Part shown: positions 39,459 to 49,071 of the stretch, in pieces
How positions within the stretch are numbered: the stretch's first letter is position 1
How the letters are laid out: every line of letters starts with the position of its first letter
The notes under the pieces: model-generated
Seen by the model: the letters and a program-made list of their open reading frames with translations, nothing else
What the model was told of the DNA's origin: nothing
Database searches by the model: none
Assembly: GCA_963702405.1 (NCBI GenBank)
Contig: CAVPCM010000008.1
Span: 132,849-196,848, forward strand
DNA: 64,000 bases
Direction of reading: 5' to 3'
DNA from: an uncultured Actinomycetota bacterium
Lineage (GTDB): Bacteria; Actinomycetota; UBA4738; HRBIN12
Program-made: the position numbers and the translations under genes

Positions 39459-41048
39459 CTAGAGGGGGATGTTCCCGTGCTTGCGCGCGGGGATCGTCTC
39501 GCGTTTCGTGGACAGCATCCGGAGCGCCTTGATCAGCCGAGGCCGCGTCTCGGCGGGCTCGATCACGTCGTCGATGAACCCGCGCTCCGCGGCGGCGTAC
39601 GGGGTCGAGAACTTCGAGCGGTACTCCTGGATCAGCTCCTGCCGGCGGGCCTCCGGGTCGGTCGCCTTGTCGATCTCTCTGCGGAAGACGACGTTCACGG
39701 CGCCCTCCGCCCCCATGACGGCGATCTCGGCCGTGGGCCAGGCGAACGAGACGTCGGCGCGCAGGTGCTTGGAGTTCATCACGAGGTAGGCGCCGCCGTA
39801 GGCCTTCTTCGTGATGACCGTCATGCGGGGGACGGTCGCCTCGGCGAACGCGTAGAGCAGCTTCGCCCCGTGTCGGATGATCCCGCCGAACTCCTGCTGG
39901 GTCCCGGGGAGGAAACCCGGCACGTCGACGAACGTGAGGATCGGGATGTTGAAGGAGTCGCAGAAGCGGACGAAGCGCGACGCCTTCTCGGACGCGTCGA
40001 TGTCGAGCGTGCCCGCGTTCACCTTCGGCTGGTTGGCGACGATCCCGATCGTGTGCCCGTCGAGCCGGGAGAACCCGGTGACGATGGTCATCGCCCAGAG
40101 CGGGAAGATCTCCAGGAATTCGCCGTCGTCGACCACGCGCCGGATCACCTCGTGCATGTCGTAGGGCTCCTTGGCCCGGTCCGGCACCACGTGGGTGAGT
40201 CCCTCGTCCATCCGCTCCGGGTCGTCCGTGGTGGCGTAGGCCGGCGGATCCTCGAGGTTGTTGGACGGCAGGAACGACAGCAAGTACCGGACCCGGTTCA
40301 GCACGTCCTCGTCGTCCTCGCCGATCAGCGATGCCACTCCGGACTTCGTCGCGTGGGTCATCGCCCCTCCGAGCTCCTCGAACGTCACCTCCTCGCCGGT
40401 GACCGTCTTGATCACGTCGGGGCCGGTGATGAACATGTGCGAGGTCTCCTTCACCATGAACGTGAAGTCGGTGATCGCCGGCGAGTACACCGCCCCGCCG
40501 GCGCACGGGCCCATGATCACCGAGATCTGCGGGATCACGCCGCTCGCGCGCACGTTCCGTTCGAAGATGAACCCGTAGCCGGCGAGCGAGGCCGCGCCCT
40601 CCTGGATCCGCGCCCCGCCGGAGTCGTTGATCTGAACGAAAGGCGCGCCGGTGGAGATCGCGAGGTCCATCACCTTGCACACCTTCTGCGCGTGCACCTC
40701 GCCCATCGACCCGCCGAAGACGGCGAAGTCCTGGGACGCCACGAAGACCTTCCTGCCGTCCACGTTCCCGTACCCGGTGACGACGCCGTCTCCCGGCGGG
40801 CGCTTGCGATCCATCCCGAAGTCGTGTGCCCGGTGGACGGCCAGAGGATCGGTCTCCACGAAGGATCCCCGGTCCATCAGCAGCTCGACGCGCTCGCGGG
40901 CGGTCAGCTTCCCACGGTCGTGCTGCTTCTTCGCCGCATCCCTGCCTCCGGGCGTGAGGGCGGCCTTCCTGCGCTTGCGGAGCTCGTCGATCCGTTCCTC
41001 GACGGTGATCGTCTTCGCGGTCTCGACGTCCTTGTCCGTGGTGGCCAT
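39459..41048 (-). CDS. pccB: Propionyl-CoA carboxylase beta subunit (carboxyltransferase)
   Basis: Duplicated crotonase-like carboxyltransferase domains ([34 protein letters not shown]). The protein is 529 aa. Confidence 0.9.
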   Translation of the reverse strand: MATTDKDVETAKTITVEERIDELRKRRKAALTPGGRDAAKKQHDRGKLTARERVELLMDRGSFVETDPLAVHRAHDFGMDRKRPPGDGVVTGYGNVDGRKVFVASQDFAVFGGSMGEVHAQKVCKVMDLAISTGAPFVQINDSGGARIQEGAASLAGYGFIFERNVRASGVIPQISVIMGPCAGGAVYSPAITDFTFMVKETSHMFITGPDVIKTVTGEEVTFEELGGAMTHATKSGVASLIGEDDEDVLNRVRYLLSFLPSNNLEDPPAYATTDDPERMDEGLTHVVPDRAKEPYDMHEVIRRVVDDGEFLEIFPLWAMTIVTGFSRLDGHTIGIVANQPKVNAGTLDIDASEKASRFVRFCDSFNIPILTFVDVPGFLPGTQQEFGGIIRHGAKLLYAFAEATVPRMTVITKKAYGGAYLVMNSKHLRADVSFAWPTAEIAVMGAEGAVNVVFRREIDKATDPEARRQELIQEYRSKFSTPYAAAERGFIDDVIEPAETRPRLIKALRMLSTKRETIPARKHGNIPL

Positions 41049-41129
41049 GGGCCGAGTCTATGCTCCCGTCCTGTGCCCGGCGGCTCCCGCGCAGCCTGGC
41101 GAGAGGCGTGACCGCTCCCCGCCGTCCGC

Positions 41130-41588
41130 TCAGCACTCCTTCGGGGGCCAGCCCGCGGCGCGCCACGTCCCGTGGTCGACCACCATCCGGATCGTCACGA
41201 CGGCGCTCGTCCGGCCGTTGAGCGCGGGCTGCGGCAGCTCCCAGGCGAGCAGGGTGTACCGGTCGTAGCGCGCGGGCCACAGGTCGCGGTCGTGCTGGTA
41301 GAGCCCGCGGTACCGTCCCGTCGGCGACGAGGTGACGGACGGGTCGAGGCCGCTCTCGCGCCGGGCGATGCAGATCGCCCTGGCACTGCCCCCGGGGACG
41401 GGGCCGAACCGCGCCACGGCGCAGGTGATCCTGCGTCGCGAGAACGCCTGGTCCGATTCGCCGTCGAGGCGATGGAGGTCGCACGGACCAGGGAGGTGGT
41501 GGGCGGCCGCCGGTGTGGGTCCGAGGAGGACCCCCGCGAGGAGCAGGAGGACCGCGGCGGCGGAGCCGATTCGCGTCAAACGCATCAT
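41130..41588 (-). CDS. Secreted lysozyme-like / SLT-domain protein
   Basis: A signal peptide (MMRLTRIGSAAAVLLLLAGVLLGPTPAAA) and an ESG...SPTGRYRGLYQ lytic-transglycosylase-like core. Confidence 0.45.
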   Translation of the reverse strand: MMRLTRIGSAAAVLLLLAGVLLGPTPAAAHHLPGPCDLHRLDGESDQAFSRRRITCAVARFGPVPGGSARAICIARRESGLDPSVTSSPTGRYRGLYQHDRDLWPARYDRYTLLAWELPQPALNGRTSAVVTIRMVVDHGTWRAAGWPPKEC

Positions 41589-41678
41589 CTCGGTCGTGAA
41601 CGAGCGGAACCGCCGATGGGAAGGCCCCGACTCGGCGGCTGCGGCGACCCTACCCCTCCCGGGAACCCGTGTCACAAC

Positions 41679-42230
41679 TCACAGGTCCACACGACCGCCC
41701 GTCCGCCAGTAGGTGCCGGCCTCGCGGTCGAGGAACCCCTCGTCGACGAGATACCTGCGGAGGGAGGCGTGGTCGTTGAAGAACGCCCCGACGATCGCGT
41801 TCACCTCGCGCTCGTCGTACCGGACGCCTGGCTCGAACTCGAGGGCGACCCGCTCGAGGACGATCCGTCGCTTCGACGCCTTCGTCGGTACCTCGATGAG
41901 GCGCCCGTCGCGGAAGAAGGCACGGAGCACCGCCTCCTCGTCCTCATTCGCCGTACCGAGCGCGATCCCCGCGTCGCGGGGCGGACCGACCTGCTCCGCC
42001 GCCCATCGCAGGGTCTCGGTGTCGAGTCGGTACGTGCGGCGGTCGGGTTGCAGGCGAGCGATCCCCGCGTCCGCGAGCCGGGTGAGGTGCCGGCGCACGC
42101 GCGCGAGAGGCAGGTCGAGCGTCTCGGCCAGGGCCGCGGCCGCGGCCTCGCCCGCCGCCAGGGCGCCGGCGATCCGGAGCCGATCCGGATCCGCGAGGGC
42201 ACGAAGGATGTCGTCCGGGTGCTCGGTCAT
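41679..42230 (-). CDS. ArsR-type HTH regulator fused to a DUF2087-like domain
   Basis: ILRALADPDRLRIAGALAAGEA...LARVRRHLTRLADAGI winged HTH, and a C-terminal RIVLERVALEFEPGVRYDEREVNAI. Only the C-terminal third of track ORF 41679..43037 is credible. Confidence 0.65.
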   Translation of the reverse strand: MTEHPDDILRALADPDRLRIAGALAAGEAAAAALAETLDLPLARVRRHLTRLADAGIARLQPDRRTYRLDTETLRWAAEQVGPPRDAGIALGTANEDEEAVLRAFFRDGRLIEVPTKASKRRIVLERVALEFEPGVRYDEREVNAIVGAFFNDHASLRRYLVDEGFLDREAGTYWRTGGRVDL

Positions 42231-42257
42231 GTCGGTCTCGGTGCCTACCATGATGCG

Positions 42258-43178
42258 ATGCTCCTCACCGATCCGCAGCGGCGCACCCTGGATCGGTTGA
42301 TCGGCACCGCGGAGCGGCCAGTCTTCGCCGCGGATCTCCGCCAGCGCCTCGTCGATCGGATCGAAGGAGCGGCGCGGGAGCTCGAGCTCCGGGAGCCGCT
42401 CTGGCTGGGGAAGGAAGCCCTCAACCAGCTCGCTCGCTGCGAGGGGCGCTTCGCCGCCCGCCTCGAGGGAGAGGATCCACCGTTCGAGCATTCCGTCCAC
42501 ACCGCCGCCGGCGTCCTCGTCCACAAGGCCATCGAAGTCGACGTCGGATCGCGCGACGGGCTGGAACCGCACGCGATCGCCGTCACCGCGGCCGAGCGGC
42601 TGGCGGAGCGGGAAGAGCGATTCGCCGAGTACTGGCGGGGACGCACGGCCCCCGAGCAGGACGAGCTGCTGATGGAGGTCGTCCGGAAGGTCACCCTGTT
42701 CCAAGGTTCGTTCCCACCGTTGCGCGAGCTCCGCCGCGAGATGGCGCCGGTCACGGAGCTCCCGGTGAAGGCGCAGCTCCTCGGCGGCGACCTCACCCTG
42801 TCCGGGAAGATCGACCTCGTGCTCGGGGTCCCGGACCGGCTGGAACCGAGTCGAGCCACGCGGCTGGCGGTCGACCTGAAGACCGGCGGCGCCTGGCCTG
42901 AGTACGCGGAGGACATGCGCTTCTACGCGTTGCTGATGACCCTCCGGTTCGGGGTTCCGCCCTACCGCGTCGCGTCCCTCTTCTTGGACTCCGGCGAGTG
43001 GCAGGCGGAGGAGGTCGCGGAGGAGACGCTCTTCCACACCGCCGATCGCGTCGTCGCCGCCGCCCGTTCGGCCGGTGCGCTCCTCGGCGGGCGCGAGGCC
43101 ACGCTCACCCCCGGCTCGTGGTGCGGCTGGTGCCCGCGCGTGCTCGTCTGCCCCAGCGCCGAGCCGCGCTCGGCCTAG
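42258..43178 (+). CDS. PD-(D/E)XK (RecB/Cas4-like) nuclease-family protein with a C-terminal Cys cluster
   Basis: A GKIDLVLG ... DLKTG core and a C-terminal CGWCPRVLVC plus an upstream Cys. It is the downstream half of track ORF 41172..43178. Confidence 0.6.
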   Translation: MLLTDPQRRTLDRLIGTAERPVFAADLRQRLVDRIEGAARELELREPLWLGKEALNQLARCEGRFAARLEGEDPPFEHSVHTAAGVLVHKAIEVDVGSRDGLEPHAIAVTAAERLAEREERFAEYWRGRTAPEQDELLMEVVRKVTLFQGSFPPLRELRREMAPVTELPVKAQLLGGDLTLSGKIDLVLGVPDRLEPSRATRLAVDLKTGGAWPEYAEDMRFYALLMTLRFGVPPYRVASLFLDSGEWQAEEVAEETLFHTADRVVAAARSAGALLGGREATLTPGSWCGWCPRVLVCPSAEPRSA

Positions 43179-43717
43179 TTCAGCGTCGGGTCCACCGGCA
43201 TGGTGGAGAGGAGCCGGAAATCAGGGCCCAGGCGACCCACGGCGGTCGACCACAGGCCTTCGGGATCGTCGGTGAAGACGTCGCCCGGCACCGCCGGTGC
43301 AGCGTGCCAAGCATCGTCCGCCATCTCCGCCTCCAGCTGTCCCGCGCTCCAGCCCGCGTAGCCGGCGAACACGCGGGCCCGGCGGAGCCCGCCCAGCGAC
43401 TCGGTATCGCTCTCCTCCGGGAGGAAGCCGATCGTGTCCAGCGCGAGGACGCCGGCGCGCTCGGGATCCTCGAAATCGGCGAGGACCACGGCCGCCTCAG
43501 GCTGCACCGGCCCGCCGCGGAACAACGATTCACCCGGCGGGACCAGCGGGGAGAGCGGTGGTGCCGCTTCTTCCACGGTCGTCTCGAGCGGCTGGTTCAA
43601 GACGACGCCCACGGCGCCGTCCTCGTCGTGATGACCGATCAGCACGACGGTCCGCCGGAAGTTGGGATCCCACAGACCTGAGCCCGCGATCAGGAGGCGA
43701 CCCTGGAGGCTGTCCAT
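43175..43717 (-). CDS. YqgE/AlgH-family protein (UPF0301)
   Basis: LLIAGSGLWDPNFRRTVVLIGHHDEDGAVGVVLNQP ... FRGGPV. Confidence 0.8.
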   Translation of the reverse strand: MDSLQGRLLIAGSGLWDPNFRRTVVLIGHHDEDGAVGVVLNQPLETTVEEAAPPLSPLVPPGESLFRGGPVQPEAAVVLADFEDPERAGVLALDTIGFLPEESDTESLGGLRRARVFAGYAGWSAGQLEAEMADDAWHAAPAVPGDVFTDDPEGLWSTAVGRLGPDFRLLSTMPVDPTLN

Positions 43718-43808
43718 GCCCCCATCGTCTCAGGTGGACCCCCGACCGCTCCGGCGTTGCTAGGGTTCCGTCGCTCGCTCGGCGTGTCGAGCACATCGAA
43801 AGGACCCG

Positions 43809-45047
43809 ATGGCGAAGGATCTGTACGAGATCGGGGAGATCCCTCCCCTCGGCGAGGTGCCCGCCCGGATGCACGCGCAGCTCGTCCGCCCGGACCGGTT
43901 CGGGGAACCGGTGGAGGCGATCCGCGACGAGGTGATCGACGTCCCCGAGCTCGGGCCGACGGACGCGCTCGTCCTGGTGATGGCGGCCGGAGTGAACTTC
44001 AACAACGTCTGGGCGGCCCGGGGGGTGCCCCTCGACGTGACGAAGACGCAGGCGCGCTGGGGAGAGCCGACGGACTTCCACATCGTCGGCTCCGACGCGT
44101 CGGGCATCGTCTACGCCCTCGGCTCGGAGGTCACCGGTGTCGCCGTCGGCGACCACGTGGTCGTTCACGCGGGACAGTGGGATCCGGCCGACCCGTGGGT
44201 CGTGGACGGGAACGACCCGGGTCTGGCGCCGACCTTCCGGGTGTGGGGGTACGACACGTGCTGGGGGTCGATGGCACAGTTCACGAAGGTGCAGGCGCAT
44301 CAGTGCCTCCCGAAGGCCGAGGGGCTCACGTGGGAAGAGACCGCCGCGCCCACGCTCACCGGGGCCACCGCCTATCGGATGCTGCACGGATGGCCCCCGC
44401 ACACCGTGCAGCCGGGCGACGTCGTGCTCGTGTGGGGTGGAGCCGGCGGGCTCGGCTCGCTCGCGATCCAGCTCGTGGCGCTCGCCGGAGGGCGCCCTGT
44501 CGCGGTCGTCTCCTCGGGAGAGAAGGCCGAGTACTGCAGACAGCTGGGCGCGGTCGGCACCGTGAACCGGAAGGACTTCTCGCACTGGGGTGTGCCGCCC
44601 GCGTGGGATTCGCCCGGATGGACGACGTGGCTCGACGGGGCGAAGGGGTTCGGCAAGGCGATCTGGGACGGGGTAGGGGAGAAAGTGAGCCCTCGGATCG
44701 TCTTCGAGCATCCCGGGCAGGACACGATCCCGACGTCCAACTTCGTGTGCGACCGCGGCGGGATGATCGTGATCTGCGCGGGCACCACGGGCTACGACAC
44801 GATGATCGATGTCCGCTACCTCTGGTACCTCCAGAAGCGCTACCAGGGCTCCCACCTCTTCAACGACGAGCAGGCGGCGGCGTTCAACGACCTTGTGCGC
44901 GAAGGCAAGATCCACGCCACGCTCGGCCACACCTACCCCTACAGGGAGACCGGCCTGGCGCATCAACTGATGGCGGACGGAGCCCTGCCGGAGGGGAACG
45001 TCGCCGTCCTGGTCGGCGCCCCACCCGGCGAGACCGGTGCGGACTAG
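43809..45047 (+). CDS. ccr: Crotonyl-CoA carboxylase/reductase
   Basis: The N-terminus MAKDLYEIGE and the MDR-family core with VPELGPTDALVLVMAAGVNFNNVW. The protein is 412 aa. Confidence 0.85.
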   Translation: MAKDLYEIGEIPPLGEVPARMHAQLVRPDRFGEPVEAIRDEVIDVPELGPTDALVLVMAAGVNFNNVWAARGVPLDVTKTQARWGEPTDFHIVGSDASGIVYALGSEVTGVAVGDHVVVHAGQWDPADPWVVDGNDPGLAPTFRVWGYDTCWGSMAQFTKVQAHQCLPKAEGLTWEETAAPTLTGATAYRMLHGWPPHTVQPGDVVLVWGGAGGLGSLAIQLVALAGGRPVAVVSSGEKAEYCRQLGAVGTVNRKDFSHWGVPPAWDSPGWTTWLDGAKGFGKAIWDGVGEKVSPRIVFEHPGQDTIPTSNFVCDRGGMIVICAGTTGYDTMIDVRYLWYLQKRYQGSHLFNDEQAAAFNDLVREGKIHATLGHTYPYRETGLAHQLMADGALPEGNVAVLVGAPPGETGAD

Positions 45048-45448
45048 CCGGGGACCTGCACCAACTCGATGAGCACGCCGGCCATCTCCTTCGGATGGAC
45101 GAACGCGATCAGGGTGTCGCGAGACCCCCGCCTCGGCACCTCGTCCACGAGACGCACTCCCTGGCCCCGGAGGCGGACGAGCGACGCCGCGACGTCGTCC
45201 ACGCGATAGGCCACGTGATGGACGCCCGGGCCGCGCGTCGCGAGGAACCTGCCCACCGGCGTGTCCGCGCCCAGCGATCCGAGCAGCTGGATGAAGGACG
45301 TCCCCGTCGGGAAGAGGACCTCCTCGACACCCTGATCCTCCACGCGCTCCCGATGGGAGGGTTCGACCCCCAGCGTGCGTCGATAGCGCTCGACGGAACC
45401 ATCCAGATCGTCGACCGCTATGCCCACGTGGTCGATGTCGAGGATCAC
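45044..45448 (-). CDS. mce: Methylmalonyl-CoA (ethylmalonyl-CoA) epimerase
   Basis: A VOC fold: LDIDHVGIAVDDLD ... GVHHVAYRVDD ... FVHPK. A GTG start. The track ORF extends 145 codons upstream with a low-complexity leader. Confidence 0.8.
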   Translation of the reverse strand: MILDIDHVGIAVDDLDGSVERYRRTLGVEPSHRERVEDQGVEEVLFPTGTSFIQLLGSLGADTPVGRFLATRGPGVHHVAYRVDDVAASLVRLRGQGVRLVDEVPRRGSRDTLIAFVHPKEMAGVLIELVQVPG

Positions 45449-45819
45449 CGCTTCCTCCGCATCCTCGGCTGCATCCGCGCGATCAGATCCTGCGCAGCCG
45501 CCACGTGGTACAGCGGGAGTGCCAACGCTCGGGAGACGGCCGCGATACCTTGCGCGCGAAGGTCCTCGTCGGGTTTCGCACCGTCCCGATGGGGCGCGCG
45601 CAGCACGTAGAACTCCACCAGGTCGAGGAACTGGGTCAGCGACGGGGTGAGCCCGCCTCGCTCGTAGGCATAGATCGTCTGTCGGGAGGACGGGGCGGCG
45701 TCCTCCGCTGCCGCGGCATCGACCGATCGGTACCCCGCCGCCTTCCGGAGGTCGCGGAGCAGCGCGCCCACGATGCTCCGGTCCTCCGTGCTGATCGGGG
45801 GCTGCTTCGTCCGGGCCAC
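45445..45819 (-). CDS. XRE-family HTH transcriptional regulator
   Basis: SRQTIYAYERGGLTPSLTQFLDLVEF helix-turn-helix. The start is set at the GTG at 45819, because a longer version would overlap the divergent FtsH-like start. Confidence 0.55.
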   Translation of the reverse strand: MARTKQPPISTEDRSIVGALLRDLRKAAGYRSVDAAAAEDAAPSSRQTIYAYERGGLTPSLTQFLDLVEFYVLRAPHRDGAKPDEDLRAQGIAAVSRALALPLYHVAAAQDLIARMQPRMRRKR

Positions 45820-45944
45820 GGCCGAACGATAGCCGAGCTTCGGCGACCCTCGGCTGCGACTTTCGGCCCAGAGGAGCGTCCCCCATCTGGGCCGAAGGTC
45901 TGATTCACGGGTGAGGATGAAGGGTATACGGTGGCTATCCGACC

Positions 45945-47816
45945 ATGGCCCAGAAGGCATCCCGCACGGCGCATCTCGGAGGAACGGTGACGGCGAAGAA
46001 CCACAGCGCGGCGGCGGCAGCTCTCATCGCGGGCTCGAGCACGCTCCGTGCCGGGCGCGCCGACGTCTTCCGTCAGCGGGAGCGGACCAAGCGGAAGCGT
46101 CTGATCAGAGCGATCGTGCTCGTGGCCTCGCTGGACGTCTACCTCTGGTGGCGCTACTCCTCCGGCCGGCCCCTCAGGCTCCCGACGATCCCGGACGGCT
46201 TCCCTTGGGAGATCTACCTCCCGGGGGGTCTGCTGATCATCGCGATCGGGCTGATGATCGCGTTGCCGCTCATGACAGGGCGCTCCCCACACATCACGGT
46301 GTATCCGGAACAGGTCGAGGTCGGGCTGACCGACGTGACGGGGCTGAACCTCCAAGTGGACGAGGTGATCCGAACCCTCGACGTCTTCCTCGGCTACGGG
46401 ACGTTCCGGGACGAGCTGGGCGGAACACCTCGGAGGGGGATCCTATTCGAGGGGCCGCCCGGGACGGGCAAGACCTATCTCGCGAAGGCGATGGCGAAGC
46501 AAGCGGGGGTCCCGTTCCTATTCATCTCGGCGTCGTCGATGGTGTCGATGTTCCAGGGCATGACGGCGTACCGCATCCGGTCGTTCTTCAAGGCGCTCCG
46601 GAAGGCCGCGCGCAAGGAAGGGGGCGCGATCGGCTTCATCGAAGAGATCGACGCGATCGCTGGATCGAGGGATCGCATGAGCTCGGCGGTTCCCGCTCCG
46701 GCTCCGATGGAACGGAGCGTGGAACGTTTCATCGGCGCGGCGGAGAGCGGGATGGTGAACGAGCTGCTGATCCAGATGCAGTCCTTCGATCAGCCGCGGC
46801 TCCGGACGCGGATCCGCGGCAAGTTCCTCGCGTGGCTGAACGGCTACCTCCCGACGAACTGGCAGTTCAAGATGCTCGGGCCCGAGTACCACAACCTGCT
46901 GCTGATCGCCGCCACGAACCGGGCCGAGGTGCTCGACCCCGCGCTGATGCGGCCGGGGCGATTCGATCGGCGGCTCTACTTCGATCTGCCGACGCAGAGC
47001 GAGCGAGAAGACCTGATCGATTACTTCCTCGGGCGGAAGAAGCACCACGAGCAGCTGGACGATCCGGCGGTTCGGTCGCGGATCGCGCACGAGTGCTTCG
47101 CGTACACGCCGGTGATGATCGAGCACCTGTTCGACGAGTCACTGCTGGTCGCGCTGCGCGACGGGCGCCGTGAGATGAACTTCGACGATGTGATGGAGGC
47201 GAAGTTCGCCGAGGAGATCGGCCTGAAACAGGCCGTGACCTACACCGAGAACGATCGTCGCTCGGTGGCCGTGCACGAGGCCGGCCACGCGGTCGTCGCC
47301 CACTTCCTCGGGCAGAACCGCCGTCTCGAGGTCCTCTCGATCATCAAGCGCCGCGGATCCCTCGGGCTGCTCGCGCACGGCGACGAGGAGGAACGGTTCA
47401 CGAGGAGCAGGACCGAGATCGAATCCGGTATCGCGATCGCGCTCGGCGGTCTCGCCGCCGAGGAGCTGGTCATCGGGGAGTCGGGGACCGGACCGGCGAG
47501 CGACCTGATGATGGCCACCCAACTGGCGGCCCAGATGGTGGGATCCTTCGGCATGGCCGGCTCCTTGATCTCCTTCGACGCGGTCTCGCACGGCCCGATC
47601 GGCGGCGCGAACCTCGTGGCCAAGGTCCTGGCAGACGATCGCGGCAAGCAGAGCGTCGAGGACATCCTCACGGCGCAGAAGGAGCGGGTGCTGGAGGTGC
47701 TCGCGGAGAACCGCGACGTCCACTCGGCCCTGGTGCAGGCGCTCGTGGAGCGCGACGAGCTCATCCGCGACGAGATCCTCGCGGTGATCCACGAGGCCCT
47801 CGCCGCCCGCGCCTGA
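45945..47816 (+). CDS. Divergent FtsH-like AAA+ zinc metalloprotease paralogue
   Basis: N-terminal TM helices; GPPGTGKT Walker A; IEEID Walker B; AATNRAEVLDPALMRPGRFDRR second region of homology; and HEAGHAVVA zinc site. Insertions relative to canonical FtsH are present. Confidence 0.8.
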   Translation: MAQKASRTAHLGGTVTAKNHSAAAAALIAGSSTLRAGRADVFRQRERTKRKRLIRAIVLVASLDVYLWWRYSSGRPLRLPTIPDGFPWEIYLPGGLLIIAIGLMIALPLMTGRSPHITVYPEQVEVGLTDVTGLNLQVDEVIRTLDVFLGYGTFRDELGGTPRRGILFEGPPGTGKTYLAKAMAKQAGVPFLFISASSMVSMFQGMTAYRIRSFFKALRKAARKEGGAIGFIEEIDAIAGSRDRMSSAVPAPAPMERSVERFIGAAESGMVNELLIQMQSFDQPRLRTRIRGKFLAWLNGYLPTNWQFKMLGPEYHNLLLIAATNRAEVLDPALMRPGRFDRRLYFDLPTQSEREDLIDYFLGRKKHHEQLDDPAVRSRIAHECFAYTPVMIEHLFDESLLVALRDGRREMNFDDVMEAKFAEEIGLKQAVTYTENDRRSVAVHEAGHAVVAHFLGQNRRLEVLSIIKRRGSLGLLAHGDEEERFTRSRTEIESGIAIALGGLAAEELVIGESGTGPASDLMMATQLAAQMVGSFGMAGSLISFDAVSHGPIGGANLVAKVLADDRGKQSVEDILTAQKERVLEVLAENRDVHSALVQALVERDELIRDEILAVIHEALAARA

Positions 47817-47865
47817 TCATCGACCCCGTTCACTCGACCGTGGCCTCGTCCACGGTCCGCCGCCG

Positions 47866-47871
47866 TAGACT
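47866..47871 (+). promoter_or_regulatory. -10-like box TAGACT, 6 nt upstream of the thiolase GTG
   Basis: CCGTAGACTCGATCCGTGAGC parallels pcrA's TAGCATCGTCGCGTGAGC. Confidence 0.3.
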
Positions 47872-47877
47872 CGATCC

Positions 47878-49068
47878 GTGAGCCCGTCCACCCGATCCGT
47901 GATCGTCGCGGGCGCGCGGACGCCGACCGGGAAGTTCCGCGGCGCGTTCTCGGAGCTCCGCGCGGTCCAGCTCGGGGCGCACGCGATCCGTGCCGCCGTC
48001 GAGCGCGCCGGCATCGCCGGCGAGCAGGTCGACTACACGATCCTGGGTCATGTCCTGCAGGCCGGAGCCGGCCAGATCACGTCGCTCCAGGCGTCGATCG
48101 GAGGCGGCCTGCCCAAGGACGTCCCGGCGATCACGGTCAACAAGGTCTGTCTGTCCGGGATGTCGGCGATCGCGATGGCCGATCAGATGATCCGGGCGGG
48201 CGAGATCGAGGTGGCGGTCGCCGGCGGGATGGAGTCGATGACGAACGCCCCGTTCGTCCTCCCGAAGGGTCGCGAGGGTGTGCGGCTCGGTGACACGGGA
48301 TTGATCGACTCGATGATCCACGACGGCCTCTGGTCGTCGTTCCTCGATCACCACATGGGCGAGGGCGCGGACGAGGTGGGAGCAGAGCTCGGCCTGACCC
48401 GGGAGGAGCAGGATGTGTGGGCGGCACGGTCGCACCGACGCGCGCACGCGGCGTGGGAGTCAGGAAGGATGGCGGAGGAGGTCGTGCCCGTCGAGGTCCC
48501 GCAGCGTCGGGGGGCCCCGGTGACCGTCGAGCACGACGAGGGGATCCGTCCCGACACGTCGCCGGAGTCGCTCGCGGGACTGCGGCCCGCGTTCCGGACC
48601 GACGGCACGATCACCGCGGGGAACGCCTCCCAGATCTCCGACGGCGCCAGCGCGGTCGTGGTGATGAGCGCCGAGCGCGCGGAAGAGCTGGGGGTGACGC
48701 CGCTCGCCGAGATCGTTGCCTACGGCATGTCGTCCGATCGCTATCCGTCCCTGCAGACGGTCCCGGCGATGGCGCTGGAGCGCGCGCTGAAGAAGTCGGG
48801 TCTGGCGGCCTCGGACCTCGGTCTCGTCGAGATCAACGAGGCGTTCGCCTCGGTGCCGATCCACTCCGCCCGGCTGCTCGGCCTCGACGACGAGATCGTG
48901 AACGTGAACGGGGGAGCGATCGCCCTGGGACATCCGATCGGCTCCTCGGGCGCGAGGATCGTCCTCACCCTCGTCATGGAGATGCGGCGACGCGGCGTCG
49001 ACCTCGGGGGCGCCGCGATCTGCGGCGGCGGTGGACAGGGAGACGCGCTCGTCCTGCGGACGGCGTAG
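47878..49068 (+). CDS. Acetyl-CoA C-acetyltransferase (thiolase II)
   Basis: VNKVCLSGMSAI active-site Cys, NEAFAS, and GHPIGSSGARI ... CGGGGQG. Confidence 0.95.
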   Translation: MSPSTRSVIVAGARTPTGKFRGAFSELRAVQLGAHAIRAAVERAGIAGEQVDYTILGHVLQAGAGQITSLQASIGGGLPKDVPAITVNKVCLSGMSAIAMADQMIRAGEIEVAVAGGMESMTNAPFVLPKGREGVRLGDTGLIDSMIHDGLWSSFLDHHMGEGADEVGAELGLTREEQDVWAARSHRRAHAAWESGRMAEEVVPVEVPQRRGAPVTVEHDEGIRPDTSPESLAGLRPAFRTDGTITAGNASQISDGASAVVVMSAERAEELGVTPLAEIVAYGMSSDRYPSLQTVPAMALERALKKSGLAASDLGLVEINEAFASVPIHSARLLGLDDEIVNVNGGAIALGHPIGSSGARIVLTLVMEMRRRGVDLGGAAICGGGGQGDALVLRTA

Positions 49069-49071
49069 CGG

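Noticed and set aside
41172-42257. N-terminal 360 codons of ORF 41172..43178 as part of the nuclease
   Set aside because: The upstream part overlaps the SLT-like and ArsR genes on the other strand and is compositionally Arg/Gly-rich. A credible ATG with conserved sequence begins at 42258.
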